Source: Elsinoe ampelina (lineage: Eukaryota). Taken from it: 64,000 nucleotides of DNA. Shown one piece after another: positions 47,985 to 59,427 of the stretch. A program made the position numbers and the translations under genes. The notes under the pieces were generated by a model that saw nothing but the letters and a program-made list of their open reading frames with translations, was not told the origin of the DNA and ran no database searches. Positions within the stretch are counted from its first letter, which is position 1; every line of letters begins with the position of its first letter. The stretch is taken from assembly GCA_010093995.1 (NCBI GenBank), contig ML992505.1, forward strand, positions 1,257,147-1,321,146, written 5' to 3'.

Positions 47985-48054
47985 CACCTCGAATCTACCC
48001 TGCCAACGATCATCCCTACCACAATTCCGAGCCTCCCATTCTACATCCTTCAAA

Positions 48055-48908
48055 ATGACCGACAAGCTCATTCCGTCAGACCCCGAAAAGGTCATGGTGA
48101 CCCGCAAGGTTACTCCTGAAATCATCACCTATTCTGTTCCCTTTTTGCGCTTCGGAAAGATCCAGATCGGTGGTCGTGGTACTGTCGGTCAGTGACTAGC
48201 CCACCATATTGCGAGGACTACCACTGACAAAAAGCAGTCCGTACAGCAGCCGGGGACCTCGCTGTCTTCAGTCCAGTCGCCCTCACCGAAGATGTCAAGA
48301 AGGAAGTCAGCAGCTTTGGCAACGTCCGTTGGCTTATCGCCCCTGATATGGAGCACCACATCTTCTTGACCCCATGGTCAGAAGCATTCCCCGAGGCCAA
48401 GGTCATCGGGCCCGCAGAGCTCAAAGAGAAGCGTGAAAAGCAAGGATACAAAACTCCCTTCACCTACCTCTGGAAGGCTAAGGAGCTGCCAACGGTGGAT
48501 GCCGACTTTGACAAGGAATTCGACTATGAGTACGTCTTCGCCCATCCGAACAAGGAGTTGGTCTTCAACCACAAGCCGACAAAGACTCTCATCGAGGCCG
48601 ATCTCATGTTCAACCTGCCAGCTACCGAGCAGATGTCCAAGACCAACATCCCTCCCAATTCTGGCCTCCTCACCAAGCTGTTCATTGCGATCAACAACCC
48701 GGCGGGCACTGCGATCTGGCAGAAACGGTTCCTGTGGTACGCCATGTCGGCCGCGGACAGGCCAAATTTCAACAAGAGCATCCAGAAGATTGACAGCTGG
48801 GACTTTAACCGTATTATCCCCTGCCATGGAGATGTGATTGAGACCGACGGCAAGGGTATTTTCCGAAAGGTTTTTGAGTGGCATCTTGGAGGAAAGAAGT
48901 CGACTTGA
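48055..48908 (+). CDS. DUF4336-family metallo-beta-lactamase-fold protein
   Basis: MTDKLIPSDPEKVMVTRKV..PFLRFGKIQIGGRGT, one ~50 nt intron, FSPVALT, IAPDMEHHIFL, EADLMFNLP, WDFNRIIPCHGD. Confidence 0.8.
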
Positions 48909-49414
48909 TTGCGGCTCCTACCAGGATATGTTCAGCATGGCGTTGGGGATTCGACTTGAATGTACAATACCACGAAGGAAAGGAAGGATAGGCCAGAAGA
49001 ATAGTATCACGAGTTGTAATGAATCCATCAGGGTGACCTATTTCTTGCTAGTCCTGGACCAATCGGGCTGTCTCCGCGGCGAGTGTCTGCGGAGATAGGT
49101 ATGGAGGCATGAAATCGGTGGCATTGCATTCCAGAGGCACATCTCAATGTTCTATAGTCGCGACGTGCTCACGAGCCTTCTTGAACATTGGGTTTCTACC
49201 GGAATGATTGTCAGCTCTGAGCTTGCCCTAAAATCATCCCTTGAGGCGTTCGAAGTGAAACATTACTGGCAACGGCCGATGTCGGCGCCGAAGTCGTCCC
49301 CAGAAGCCAAACTTGGTCGAAAATCTCGGCCACTCTCTGTCGACTCATTGATATTTACTCCACAAGCTCCAATTCCACTTTTGCATCTAATCGAGCAATC
49401 GCACACACTTCACA

Positions 49415-50768
49415 ATGTCAGCCCGTCAAGCCAGCAAAGCTCTCCGAAGCTCTCTCAAGCAATTGAGCCGCCCTGCCGTCCAGCAGCGCTCCTTTACTGC
49501 CGCAGCTCTCGGAGCTACCAGGACCAATGCCGTCCGTCAAGCACCAAAGGTCGTTTCCGCACAGCAGACTCGCGGTGTAAAGACGATTGACTTTGCCGGC
49601 CACAAGGAAAAGGTCTTTGGTACGCTTTCCCTCCTTTCAAGAAGCTCCCTCTTCGCTCCCCCTATCCTCGATCACGGTAGAGGATGACGTGGACTGACAC
49701 AACACTTCACAGAGCGCAGCGACTGGCCCAAGGACAAGCTCCTCGACTACTTCAAGGACGATACCCTCGCTTTGATCGGATACGGCTCGCAAGGTCACGG
49801 TCAGGGTCTTAACCTCCGCGACAACGGCCTCAATGTCATTGTTGGTGTGCGGAAGGGCGGTGCTTCGTGGAAGGAGGCCGAGCAGGATGGCTGGGTACCA
49901 GGCAAGAACCTCTTCGACATCGATGAGGCCGTACAAAAGGGAACCATTGTCATGAACCTGCTGAGTGATGCCGCTCAGAAGGAGACGTGGCCCAAGCTCA
50001 AGCCCATGCTCACCAAGGGCAAGGCAAGCAGCGGACCTGACTTCGCATAGCAAAACAACGGCTAATATCTTCCAGACCCTTTACTTCTCTCACGGCTTTT
50101 CCCCCGTCTTCAACGACCTCACTGGCGTTGAGCCACCAAAGGACATCGATGTCATCCTCGTAGCCCCCAAGGGCTCAGGCCGAACCGTCCGCACCCTCTT
50201 CCGTGAGGGCCGTGGTATCAATTCCTCTGTGGCTGTCTTCCAGGACGTCACTGGCAAGGCGCAAGAGAAGGCTGTGGCTCTCGGTGTTGCCGTCGGCTCC
50301 GGCTACTTGTACGAGACTACATTCAAGAAGGAAGTCTTCTCGGATCTTTACGGCGAGCGCGGTTGCCTCATGGGTGGCATTCACGGCATGTTCCTGGCGC
50401 AGTACGAGGTCCTCCGTGAGCGTGGCCACTCGCCGTCCGAGGCCTTCAACGAGACTGTGGAAGAAGCCACTCAATCGCTCTACCCGCTCATTGGTCAGCA
50501 CGGTCTCGACTACATGTTCGAGGCATGCAGCACAACCGCAAGGCGAGGTGCCATCGACTGGACCCCCAAGTTCAAGGACGCCCTCAAGCCTGTGTTCGAT
50601 GAGCTCTACACCAGCGTTGAGGATGGTAGCGAGACCAAGCGCACTCTCGAGTATGCCGGCAGGAAGGACTACCGCCAGGCTTTCGAGAAGGAGATGGATG
50701 AGATCAGAGGTCTCGAGATTTGGCGTGCTGGAAAGGCTGTCCGTGGCCTTCGTCCCGAGAACGTATAG
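49415..50768 (+). CDS. ILV5: Mitochondrial ketol-acid reductoisomerase
   Basis: Arg/Ser-rich presequence, IGYGSQGHGQG, LLSDAAQ, YFSHGF, VAPKGSGRTVR, SDLYGERGCLMGG, CSTTARRGA; two introns. Confidence 0.96.
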
Positions 50769-51195
50769 AGAATTAGCGAATTTGTTTTGGGAGGGTTATA
50801 GGTCAGGGAAAGGAGAGTTTCGTCAATACCAGCTTGTATCATACACGGCGATTTTGACTTGATCATGCAAAAGTTTCAATGGATGGTGTTTCCTTCGAGT
50901 GGTACCAATGTTCAACACAACTCGTCAAGTGATCTGCGTCAGCATCCATGCATATTGCGCAGCCATCTCTGCTTTTACAACATGATTTACCTGTCAAGTT
51001 TGGGCGTTGTCCTGCGCGTAGCCCCTGAAGTGAAGTCCAGCCGCGAAACAACGCGCCAAGACCTTGACTTGACCTCGTGCCCTGCAAGCAATTGTTCACT
51101 CATCACCACACACGCCCGAATACGATTCAAAGACGCATGTAGACAGATCCGGATGATACTTGGGTAGTTAATACTGTAGATAATACAGCTGCCGA

Positions 51196-53137
51196 ATGGC
51201 CGCGACCATGAACCGACCACTCAACCTCTTCAAGGCCATCTACTCACTAGATACGCTTGATACCCGGCTGACCACATCCTCGACATCGCCACCAAGGTCA
51301 AAGGAAGACCAAGACAAGGTCTTGACATCGAAACGGGACCTAGGACCGCCATTGCCAGATGCTCATCCCTCAAAATGGAAGACACCGGAGTTCATCAGCT
51401 ATGTGATCATTGTCGCCATTGCTGTACCTTTGATGATCAAGGCAATGTACGATGCGTCACAGCCAGGAAGTCCTGATTGGGACAAGGTGTCAAAGCATCT
51501 TTCTCCGGGGTGGATACCAGGACGACAGGTTGACAACTCTGATGCTCAGTATTCTATGTTCAGAGATCACATACCGTACATGGCGGCGTTGCTTGTTGCT
51601 CAGCCACTGCTTCGGAGACTATACGGAGCTTTCTGGAGAATAGACAGCTACACCCAAGTCAGGCCAGAGTCGTCGAATGGGAATGGACTTTCACATGGGC
51701 TTTCTGCATCTGCAGCAGCGAATGCTAGACTCGAGCATCGCATCTCATTTGACTTTGGATTTGCCATCATCTTCATCGGAGCTCTGCACGGTGTCTCGGC
51801 GTTGAAGGTGCTTCTCATTCTGTATGTCAACTACAAGCTCGCTACAGGACTACCGCGATCATACGTCCCTCCAGCAACATGGATCTTCAACCTCGGAATC
51901 CTTTTCGCCAACGAGCTAGGTCATGGCTACCCACTTGCAGAAATGCTATCCCATATCTCTCCTTCCGACCCCAGCAATCCAAGCCCCCTCGCAGCCTGGG
52001 CCAGCGCCATCGACAACTACGGCGGCCTCGTCAAGCGCTGGGAGATTCTCTTCAACCTCACCGTCCTACGCCTCATCTCCTTCAACCTCGACTACTACTG
52101 GGCGACCGGCCACAACGGCACCAGCCCCATCGAAGTCCGTCCCCCTGCCTCCCTCTTCCATCCCCCACTAACCCTCCCAGAAGAAACAACTCACCCCCTC
52201 CCTCCTATCCGAACGCGACCGCGTCACCTACGGCGCCTCACTTCCGGACTTCACCTTCCGCACCTACATCTCCTACGCCCTCTACGCCCCCCTCTACCTC
52301 ACCGGCCCCATCCTCACCTTCAACGACTACATCTCGCAATCCCGCCACCCGCTCCCGACCATAACCCCGCTCCGCACCTTCCTCTACGGGATCCGCTTCC
52401 TCCTCGTCCTCCTCTGCATGGAGCTCGTCCTGCACTACCTCTACGCCGTCGCCCTCAAAGACGCCCCGCCCACCTGGCACCGCTACTCCCCTTTCCAACT
52501 CGCCATGCTGGGCTACTTCAACCTGCACATCATCTGGCTCAAACTGCTCATCCCATGGCGCTTCGCCCGCCTATGGGCGCTGCTGGACGGCATCGATCCG
52601 CCCGAGAACATGGTGCGGTGCATGTCGGACAACTACTCCACTCTTGCGTTCTGGCGGGGCTGGCACCGGAGTTTCAACAGGTGGATCGTGAGGTATATCT
52701 ACATCCCACTGGGGGGCAGTTCGGGGGGAAAGGTCAGGGGCATCGCGAACTTCTTGGTGGTGTTCACTTTTGTGGCCGTGTGGCATGATATTAATTTGAG
52801 ATTGCTCATGTGGGGGTGGTTGATCACGTTGTTTGTCTTGCCCGAGGTGCTGGCCGGGATGGTGTTTCCGAAGAGGAAGTTCAAGGGCCGGGAGGATTTT
52901 TACAGGAGACTGGCGGGGGTGGGGGCTGTGGCGAATGTTTTGATGATGATGGCGGGGAATTCGGTCGGGTTTGCGTTGGGGTTGGAGGGCACGGTGGAGT
53001 TGGCCAAGGGGGTGGTGGGGGATGTGGGCGGGGTGGTGTTTTTTGTGACGGCTTGTGCGGTTTTGTATGTGGGTGTGCAGGTCATGTTTGAGCATAGGGA
53101 GGGGGAGAAGAGGAGGGGGGTGAAGTTGGCTTGTTAG
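51196..53137 (+). CDS. GUP1: MBOAT O-acyltransferase GUP1 (start may be ATG 51208)
   Basis: YSLDTLDTR, GWIPGRQVDNSDAQY, VLRLISFNLDY, intron 52135-52180, GPILTFNDY, DGIDPPENM, FWRGWHRSFN, FVAVWHD. Confidence 0.93.
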
Positions 53138-53578
53138 TTTGGCAGAGTCAGGCGTAGGATGGGTTGGTGATTGAGGACGTGGTGGATAATCGGGTTGGTT
53201 AGTAAAAGGTTCAAACGTCCATGAATATGGGTATCTATCATAGCTCGCCAGCGAGGCTTGTATCTATTTATTGTTCATGTCGTTCATATCGTTCCCTTGC
53301 ATCACTTGCATCTATATGTGCCCTCTGCCCATCTCCTACAATTCCTGCCTCCGTCCCCGCCCTCCCACCTCCCTTAACCCATGCCTATTTGTATCACCCT
53401 CCCATCCCTCCCCCTTCCCTTCGTCCCGGATCCTACCCATAAACACTCTCCACACCCTCCCCCCACCTCCAACTCCATCCCCACCCTCCCCTTCCCACCC
53501 CTCACCACATCTCCCTCCCCCCCTCCCCCTCCCGCTCCCCTCCTCCCCAAGTTCTTCCCCCCTCCCTCCTCTCCCACC

Positions 53579-54835
53579 CTATTCTTGACCCCAAACCTCC
53601 ACCCCCCCAAGCAACCAATACCCCCCCTCAAACCCCCCGGGCTTCCCCGCGACATACTCCTCACAGCTCCCCGTCCCCGTCTTGGCCCGACATCCGCTCC
53701 CCTCCCACACCCCCTCGTTTCCCGCCCAGTCCCCGCAGAAATCCGTGTTGACCACTAGACTCAGCTCTTTGATGTGCGCGTCGAAGTCGCACCCCTCGAA
53801 GACGGCGACGGGGAGGTGGCCTTGGGTGCGCCACTCGCTGGGGTCGGTGGTTCTGTTGTTTTGTGTGGGATTGGTGGGAGGGGTGGAGGAGGAGGAGGAG
53901 GAGGAGGGGGAGGAGGAGGAGGAGGAGGAGGAGACTGAGGAAGAGGAAGAAGGGGAGGAGGAGGAAGAGGGGATGACCAGCGCCTCGGGGATCGCAGGCC
54001 GGGGGAAGAAGTAGACTTCGATCTTCTCCGAGGTCCAGACGAGGGCGTACATGCCTCCGTTTTGCGCGTTGAAGTCTTCCCCTGCTGTCGCGAAGGAGGA
54101 GGGAGCAGGGGAGCGCTGAGTTTGGTTCAGTTTGCCTGGGCTGGAAGGCGTCGAGACGAAGGAAGGAGAGGCGATGCTGCATCCTTTGTTGTAGGTTTGT
54201 TCCGGGGCGTTGACGTAGCAGTTGAGGGATTCGGTATGGCCTTGCATGACTTGTGTTTGGGAGGTGGTGTCTACTCTACGGTGCAGGCGGGATGGGGTGA
54301 ATGAGGAGGGGGCGGATGAGGAGGCAAAAGTGGTGTTGGTTATTTTGCATCCTTCGCTGGTGTGGAGTGTGACCGAGTTGCGTGTGGAGTCGTGTACGTA
54401 TTCGAAAATGTCGATTTCGCCTGTGCTGCCGGGGTAGGCGCCTACGGGGTCAACCATCCAGATTGCGGGCCAGAGTCCGCATCCTGTTGGAGCGTGGTAG
54501 ATGTCGACCGTGATTAGGCCGTGCGTGAACTTCTCTTTGCCATGGAGGCGGACAGAGGCGCGGCCGGGTCCGGAGGGTTGAAGGATGGAAGTGCTATCGA
54601 CGCCGATGTAGATGCTGTTGTTGGCGAGGGAGTGGTCCGCGAGGGCGACGAGAGAGCTAGAGATTGCATCATCGCGGGAGAGGTAAGAGACGAAGCCATT
54701 GGTGGGGTCGGCACCGGAAAAGAAGTCAAAAGAGGGAAAGAAGTCGTCGCCAGAGATGGTACGTTGTGGAGTGTACAGAGCTGACGTGAAGGGGAGAATG
54801 ACCAGCAGGGAGGAGAAGAGAGCGATTGAGAGCAT
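53579..54835 (-). CDS. Secreted GH16 endo-beta-1,3(4)-glucanase-like protein
   Basis: Signal peptide, DPTNGFVSY, GRASVRL, PTGCGLWPAIW, catalytic EIDIFE, TLHTSEGC, FNAQNGG, NTDFCGDWAG. Confidence 0.88.
   Translation of the reverse strand: MLSIALFSSLLVILPFTSALYTPQRTISGDDFFPSFDFFSGADPTNGFVSYLSRDDAISSSLVALADHSLANNSIYIGVDSTSILQPSGPGRASVRLHGKEKFTHGLITVDIYHAPTGCGLWPAIWMVDPVGAYPGSTGEIDIFEYVHDSTRNSVTLHTSEGCKITNTTFASSSAPSSFTPSRLHRRVDTTSQTQVMQGHTESLNCYVNAPEQTYNKGCSIASPSFVSTPSSPGKLNQTQRSPAPSSFATAGEDFNAQNGGMYALVWTSEKIEVYFFPRPAIPEALVIPSSSSSPSSSSSVSSSSSSSSPSSSSSSSTPPTNPTQNNRTTDPSEWRTQGHLPVAVFEGCDFDAHIKELSLVVNTDFCGDWAGNEGVWEGSGCRAKTGTGSCEEYVAGKPGGFEGGYWLLGGVEVWGQE
53885..53970. repeat. Imperfect (GGA)n microsatellite encoding poly-Ser in the GH16 gene
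   Basis: GGAGGAGGA runs visible; the minus-strand frame reads PSSSSSPSSSSSVSSSSSSSSPSSSSSSST. Confidence 0.9.
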
Positions 54836-55562
54836 GATGAACTAGCTGAAGGGACGGTGGTAGTGAATGTGGTGGAGGACCAGCTCCCGAGAACGCAAAA
54901 GAATGACTGGAGCAAACGGATGTCGTGAAAGAGCGTATGTACAGAGAAAGATGGCAGGGGAAAGAGATACACATGTATATGAGAGAGCGCTTATCAGCAT
55001 GTCAAGGCACTTATGGTAGTATTGTGGCGACAAAACCATGCCCAAGCCCATAGGCGCCCATGTTTGTCCCATTATTCCCAACCACTCCAGTGAAGACAAG
55101 CAGCCAAATATCTGACTTCCAGCATGTGACAACGATGTGAATGCAAAGATCGGGCTGCGTGGCAGCGAAAGTGGATGTCAAGAAGATTCTTGCGCGCGTT
55201 TGACGTTCCTGAAGCCGTGACTGGATGACAAACACGTCTCACATTTCACACCTGAAACAGCGGCATTGCCATGCTCTCCTTGAAAGGACTGACCACACAA
55301 CAGATTGAACGTGGACCATACAGATGAATTAATATCCTGATTGAGATTTTGAATGTGCTATATGCCGGATTACATGGGGGTTAGTGCTTGAAAAGAGACG
55401 GCAGCGCCGCCGTGATGGTAGAATACCACGCGTCCTCCAAGCAAGACATCTCCAGTCTTGAAACGTCCCGGACGTGTCCAGCGCCTCATGCAGATGATAT
55501 CAAAGACCCGTGATGTATGCTCGACAGCATGATTATCTTGGAGTGCAAGACTAATTAGACGT

Positions 55563-57499
55563 CTAGATCTTGCCCTCGCCCTGAGCTTCCCTGACCTGTT
55601 CAAAGACCTATCGATTGTCAGCGCAGATTCACACGACTTCACGACCAAATAAGCATACCTTGAGGAGCTTCCTTCTCGCACCCAGAGCATTGACACCTTT
55701 CTTCTCCAGACCCTCATCGTCCAGATTAACCAGGTCCTGCCATCTCATGTCCTTGAGGTTGTCGGTATACTTGTGCAGACGCAATGTCCGGAGCCAGCCT
55801 GGAATATCATTGAGCAGTGCAGGATCAGTAGGATCCTCGGGTGGCTTTGACGTTCCACGACGACCACGTGGGGATCTACCCCTCGCTTCGGAGTGGTCGG
55901 ACAAGTATCCCTCACCACCCATGTTTACTCCCATGCCAGGGTTTAGTCCCATGAGACCAGTGTTTAGAAGGTTCCCATCGTACCCAGCAGAGAGGAAGCC
56001 GTTGTTTGCTGCCATCAAGTTCATGGGCGGCAGACCAGCGGAATGAAGTGCAATACCAGGAGAGTTTGGTCGAGACCTCCTGCCCTGCATCGCTGCCAGC
56101 TGCTGAGCCTGCAGTGCTGCCGCCTGCTGTGGAGTGAGAATCTGACCAAGCTCGTTGGTCATAAGAATGTTCGCGTTCGGAAGTCCCATGTTGGGAGCGT
56201 GACCCAAATTCGGTGATTGACCCTCGCTTGATCGAGCCCGACGGTACTTTCGTGCATCATCCAGCTGAATGCGATTGTTGACTGTAGACAGGGCAGCTAA
56301 TTTCATCGCCGTGGCATTGGCGACCATATCTGCCTGGTTCGCACTTTGCTGGTTGGTGAAGTTGGAGACCATGGGAGTATTGACCATTGACGCCCAGTTG
56401 CCGCTTCCATTGTATGGCGAGAGCATTGGCATACTTGCAGTGTTCTGGTCCGGAGCATTTATCGTGGTGCTCTGCAGATTAGCGTCACCGGAAAGCTGGA
56501 GAGGTCTCGGTGAGCGCAGGCCAGCGCCCGTATTGAATTGTCCCATGGGTTGCTGGCTTGAGGATGACTTCGGTCGCGAAATAGGATTCTGGTTTTCATT
56601 TGGCCTTGCGTTCCACGGTGAAGGAGGCATCTGTGATGGCGCATCCTTCTTGTGGCCATCGTCTGGAGCAGAGATCTTTGGTGCAATCTGAGATGCCCTG
56701 TCCCCAATCGTGCTGTTCCTGTTTGAAGGAGGCGCATTTCCTGTATGCTCTTGAAATTCCGCCTTTTGCTTCGCGATAGCTGCCGCCGCATCTGGGAACA
56801 TGGAGTTGATCGTGTTTGCGTCGAGGGTCGAGTTGCGCTTTCCACCGGGCGAGGGAGGAGGTTTGCTGCCGAAGCCGAATGAGTTGCGTGATCCTTCGAT
56901 GTTGAGCTTGCTCATTGCATCGCTCATTCGTGCAGACATGGGGTCTTTTGTGATGTCAGTTGTGGTCTTTTACCGGTTGTGGTCAACGTACCCTTCTCGT
57001 TGAAGTTGGCCGGCGACAATACACCTGCCATCGGGTGATTCTTTGCCATTTGCTGTAGCACCTGGATGAAGAACCTGATCTGGACCTGGGTAGTCTGCTG
57101 AAGCAAGGCGTACAGAGAAGCTGTTCGCTCGGGTTCTGCCAGCACACGAAACCACTGCTCAATCGCGCTCAGCTCCTCCTTGAAGTCTTGGTCCAATGTA
57201 GCCGCTGCCATCTCTTCCAATGTTGTCTCATACTGATCAATGTCCGCTATCCACTGTTGCGCCGCCTTTTCCGCCGCGTCCTCGGCATTGGATGTCTGAG
57301 ATGCAGCTTGATTATAGTATACCTCAGATGCTGGCCTGATACCCCTGTTCGCAAGAGAGGATGAGCTGTTCCCGAAACCAGCCATGTCGGCAGATTGTCG
57401 AAGATGATGGCCACCGCTCAGATTTCTGGAAGCAGGAGGTCGCAGGCTGGAGGTTCCCGCCTCTGGGGTGCTGTTTCTGTTGCCGATGATGTGCGACAT
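55563..57499 (-). CDS. VTS1: SAM-domain RNA-binding protein Vts1/Smaug
   Basis: [43 protein letters not shown] domain [31 protein letters not shown]; two introns; last exon [14 protein letters not shown] at 55607-55563. Confidence 0.92.
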
Positions 57500-58464
57500 G
57501 GTGCAGGTGTCAGGACTCCGGTTGGTCTTGCCAGCTCAAATTTCGAGCGTGTCAGCTGGAGTAGGAGCGTAAGACGGGCCAGCCGGATGAGAGCAAGCGC
57601 AGCCCCTGAGATTGTTGAATGGAGTGAAAGGACTCTATCGTCAAGCGCTCGTGTGATCCTTGCTGCTGCCGACCAGTCGTTGTTCGAATTGATGTTGCTG
57701 ATTGTGCTCGTGATCGACAAGTGACCACCTCGGGAATGAAGATGGGTGTAGCACAGAGGCGATTAGCGAGTGAATGTGATTAGCGAGGATTCATCAAGGA
57801 CTTGTCCTGCTGCCTGTCAATGCGAAAAGAAAAAGGCAGTCAACAAACAATGAGCCAACTGGATGAATAGGGATGAAGTTACAGCGGCAAAATCAAAACT
57901 TTGGCGGCATGTGGTCAGGGCGAAAAGTGGTCTCGACTGAGGGACACATTTCTGAGCTGTTCTGCCTCTGCTCAGCAGTGCTGGCTCACAAATCTCAGGG
58001 TCTTCCGGTCTTTGCTGCGGGAGAGCGGAGCGATCCTCTAGCGTCGCGTTTGATTTGATGGGTCCTGAAGTCCTTGGGTCTGTCATGGGAAGCACAGTAT
58101 TCTCCAGCCCAGCTTTGGACATCAGTGAACATTTAGGAATCACAAGGCTGCCTGGACCATTGTCACGATTTCTGAGCTGTATCGAGCGGCACGTGCAAAA
58201 CTAATTTACATGGTCGAAAGCTATCTCAGCACTTTGCATGTGCTCTTCTGCTCCCGGATCAACCCCGGCTTTGTGCCATGGACTCCAAGCGAAGGAAGAT
58301 AGCCCTCGCCTCCGCTCATTACCCAGCAGCATGATCAGCGAACCGCAGAGACTCAGACCATACGCTACGTGCAGCAAGGCACACAAACTCGCGCATGCCA
58401 TGTGGCGTATCTCAATCTCCAGAATGTTGTCGTGTCATGTGTCGTGTGATGTCTTGTGTCCGTC

Positions 58465-59427
58465 TCAAGCCATACCGCGACCAGCTGCATCGCGCAACTC
58501 CTTGACCCTCTTCTCGTGGTAAGCGGCTTCCATCCTGCCCGCCTCGAACTCCATGGTAGCAGCTTTCATACGAAGCTTGGCTGCTTCTGCCTTTGCCTGG
58601 GTAGCCTCGATCAGCTTGGAGAGGTCGCTGCCAGAGCTGGCAGAAGTGTTGGCAGTAAGGTTGGCGGTTGGGGCAGCTGAATCATGAGACTCAAAGGAGT
58701 GAATTTCGTCAGCATTGTTGGTCATCATGTCGGCAGGGCCCCTGCGAGGGATGACAGCGGAGCCGTTGGCATGGTTGGTGTGGTGCTGCATGGCTGCGTA
58801 GGAAGTGTCGTTGAGAGCGGGGTCGATGTCGGGATTATCATATCCGTCTCCGGCAGTGGTCTGGCGGAGCCTCTTGCGGGAAGGTCCCTCAGTCATACGC
58901 TCAGCAAGACTAGAGTAGTACTGTCCGCGGTCGTACTGGGCTCCGTGCCCAGCGTCAGTCATGACGTCCTGGTGGTAGCCAGCAGCGAGCCTCTTCCTCT
59001 GTTCGTCGACGACCTTCTGGACATCACCGAGAAGGACCTCAAGAACCTTGCGCTGGGAGGACTTGGGATCATCCTGACGCCCCTCCACCTCGCAGGTCAG
59101 CAACCTCTTTGCATATCCGACATCGCCCTCAGTCATCATGGACAACTCCTCAATCGCTTTGAGAAGCTCGACTGACCAGTTCCACCAGACTTCAGGCTCG
59201 CGTTCGGGATCACCGATACGAGCTTTGGCACCCTTCTTGACCTCGATACGTGGGACGATGTTGGCGGGCAGGCAGTGCTCAATCGGAGTGTTCCAGTTCT
59301 TTTCGATGCACAGCTTCTTGGTCTGCTTGATCTGCTGGTCTTTGGGGTGCAGCTCTTCGTACTCGCGGCGCTTGTAGCCGGTCCCATCTCCCTGGCCGTT
59401 TGCAGCTGCGCGGCGGCGGGAAGACAT
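58465..59427 (-). CDS. Hypothetical protein, 320 aa
   Basis: Intact single ORF with strong C/G-ending codon bias, a globular-looking N-terminal half and a C-terminal coiled coil; no family recognised. Confidence 0.7.
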   Translation of the reverse strand: MSSRRRAAANGQGDGTGYKRREYEELHPKDQQIKQTKKLCIEKNWNTPIEHCLPANIVPRIEVKKGAKARIGDPEREPEVWWNWSVELLKAIEELSMMTEGDVGYAKRLLTCEVEGRQDDPKSSQRKVLEVLLGDVQKVVDEQRKRLAAGYHQDVMTDAGHGAQYDRGQYYSSLAERMTEGPSRKRLRQTTAGDGYDNPDIDPALNDTSYAAMQHHTNHANGSAVIPRRGPADMMTNNADEIHSFESHDSAAPTANLTANTSASSGSDLSKLIEATQAKAEAAKLRMKAATMEFEAGRMEAAYHEKRVKELRDAAGRGMA

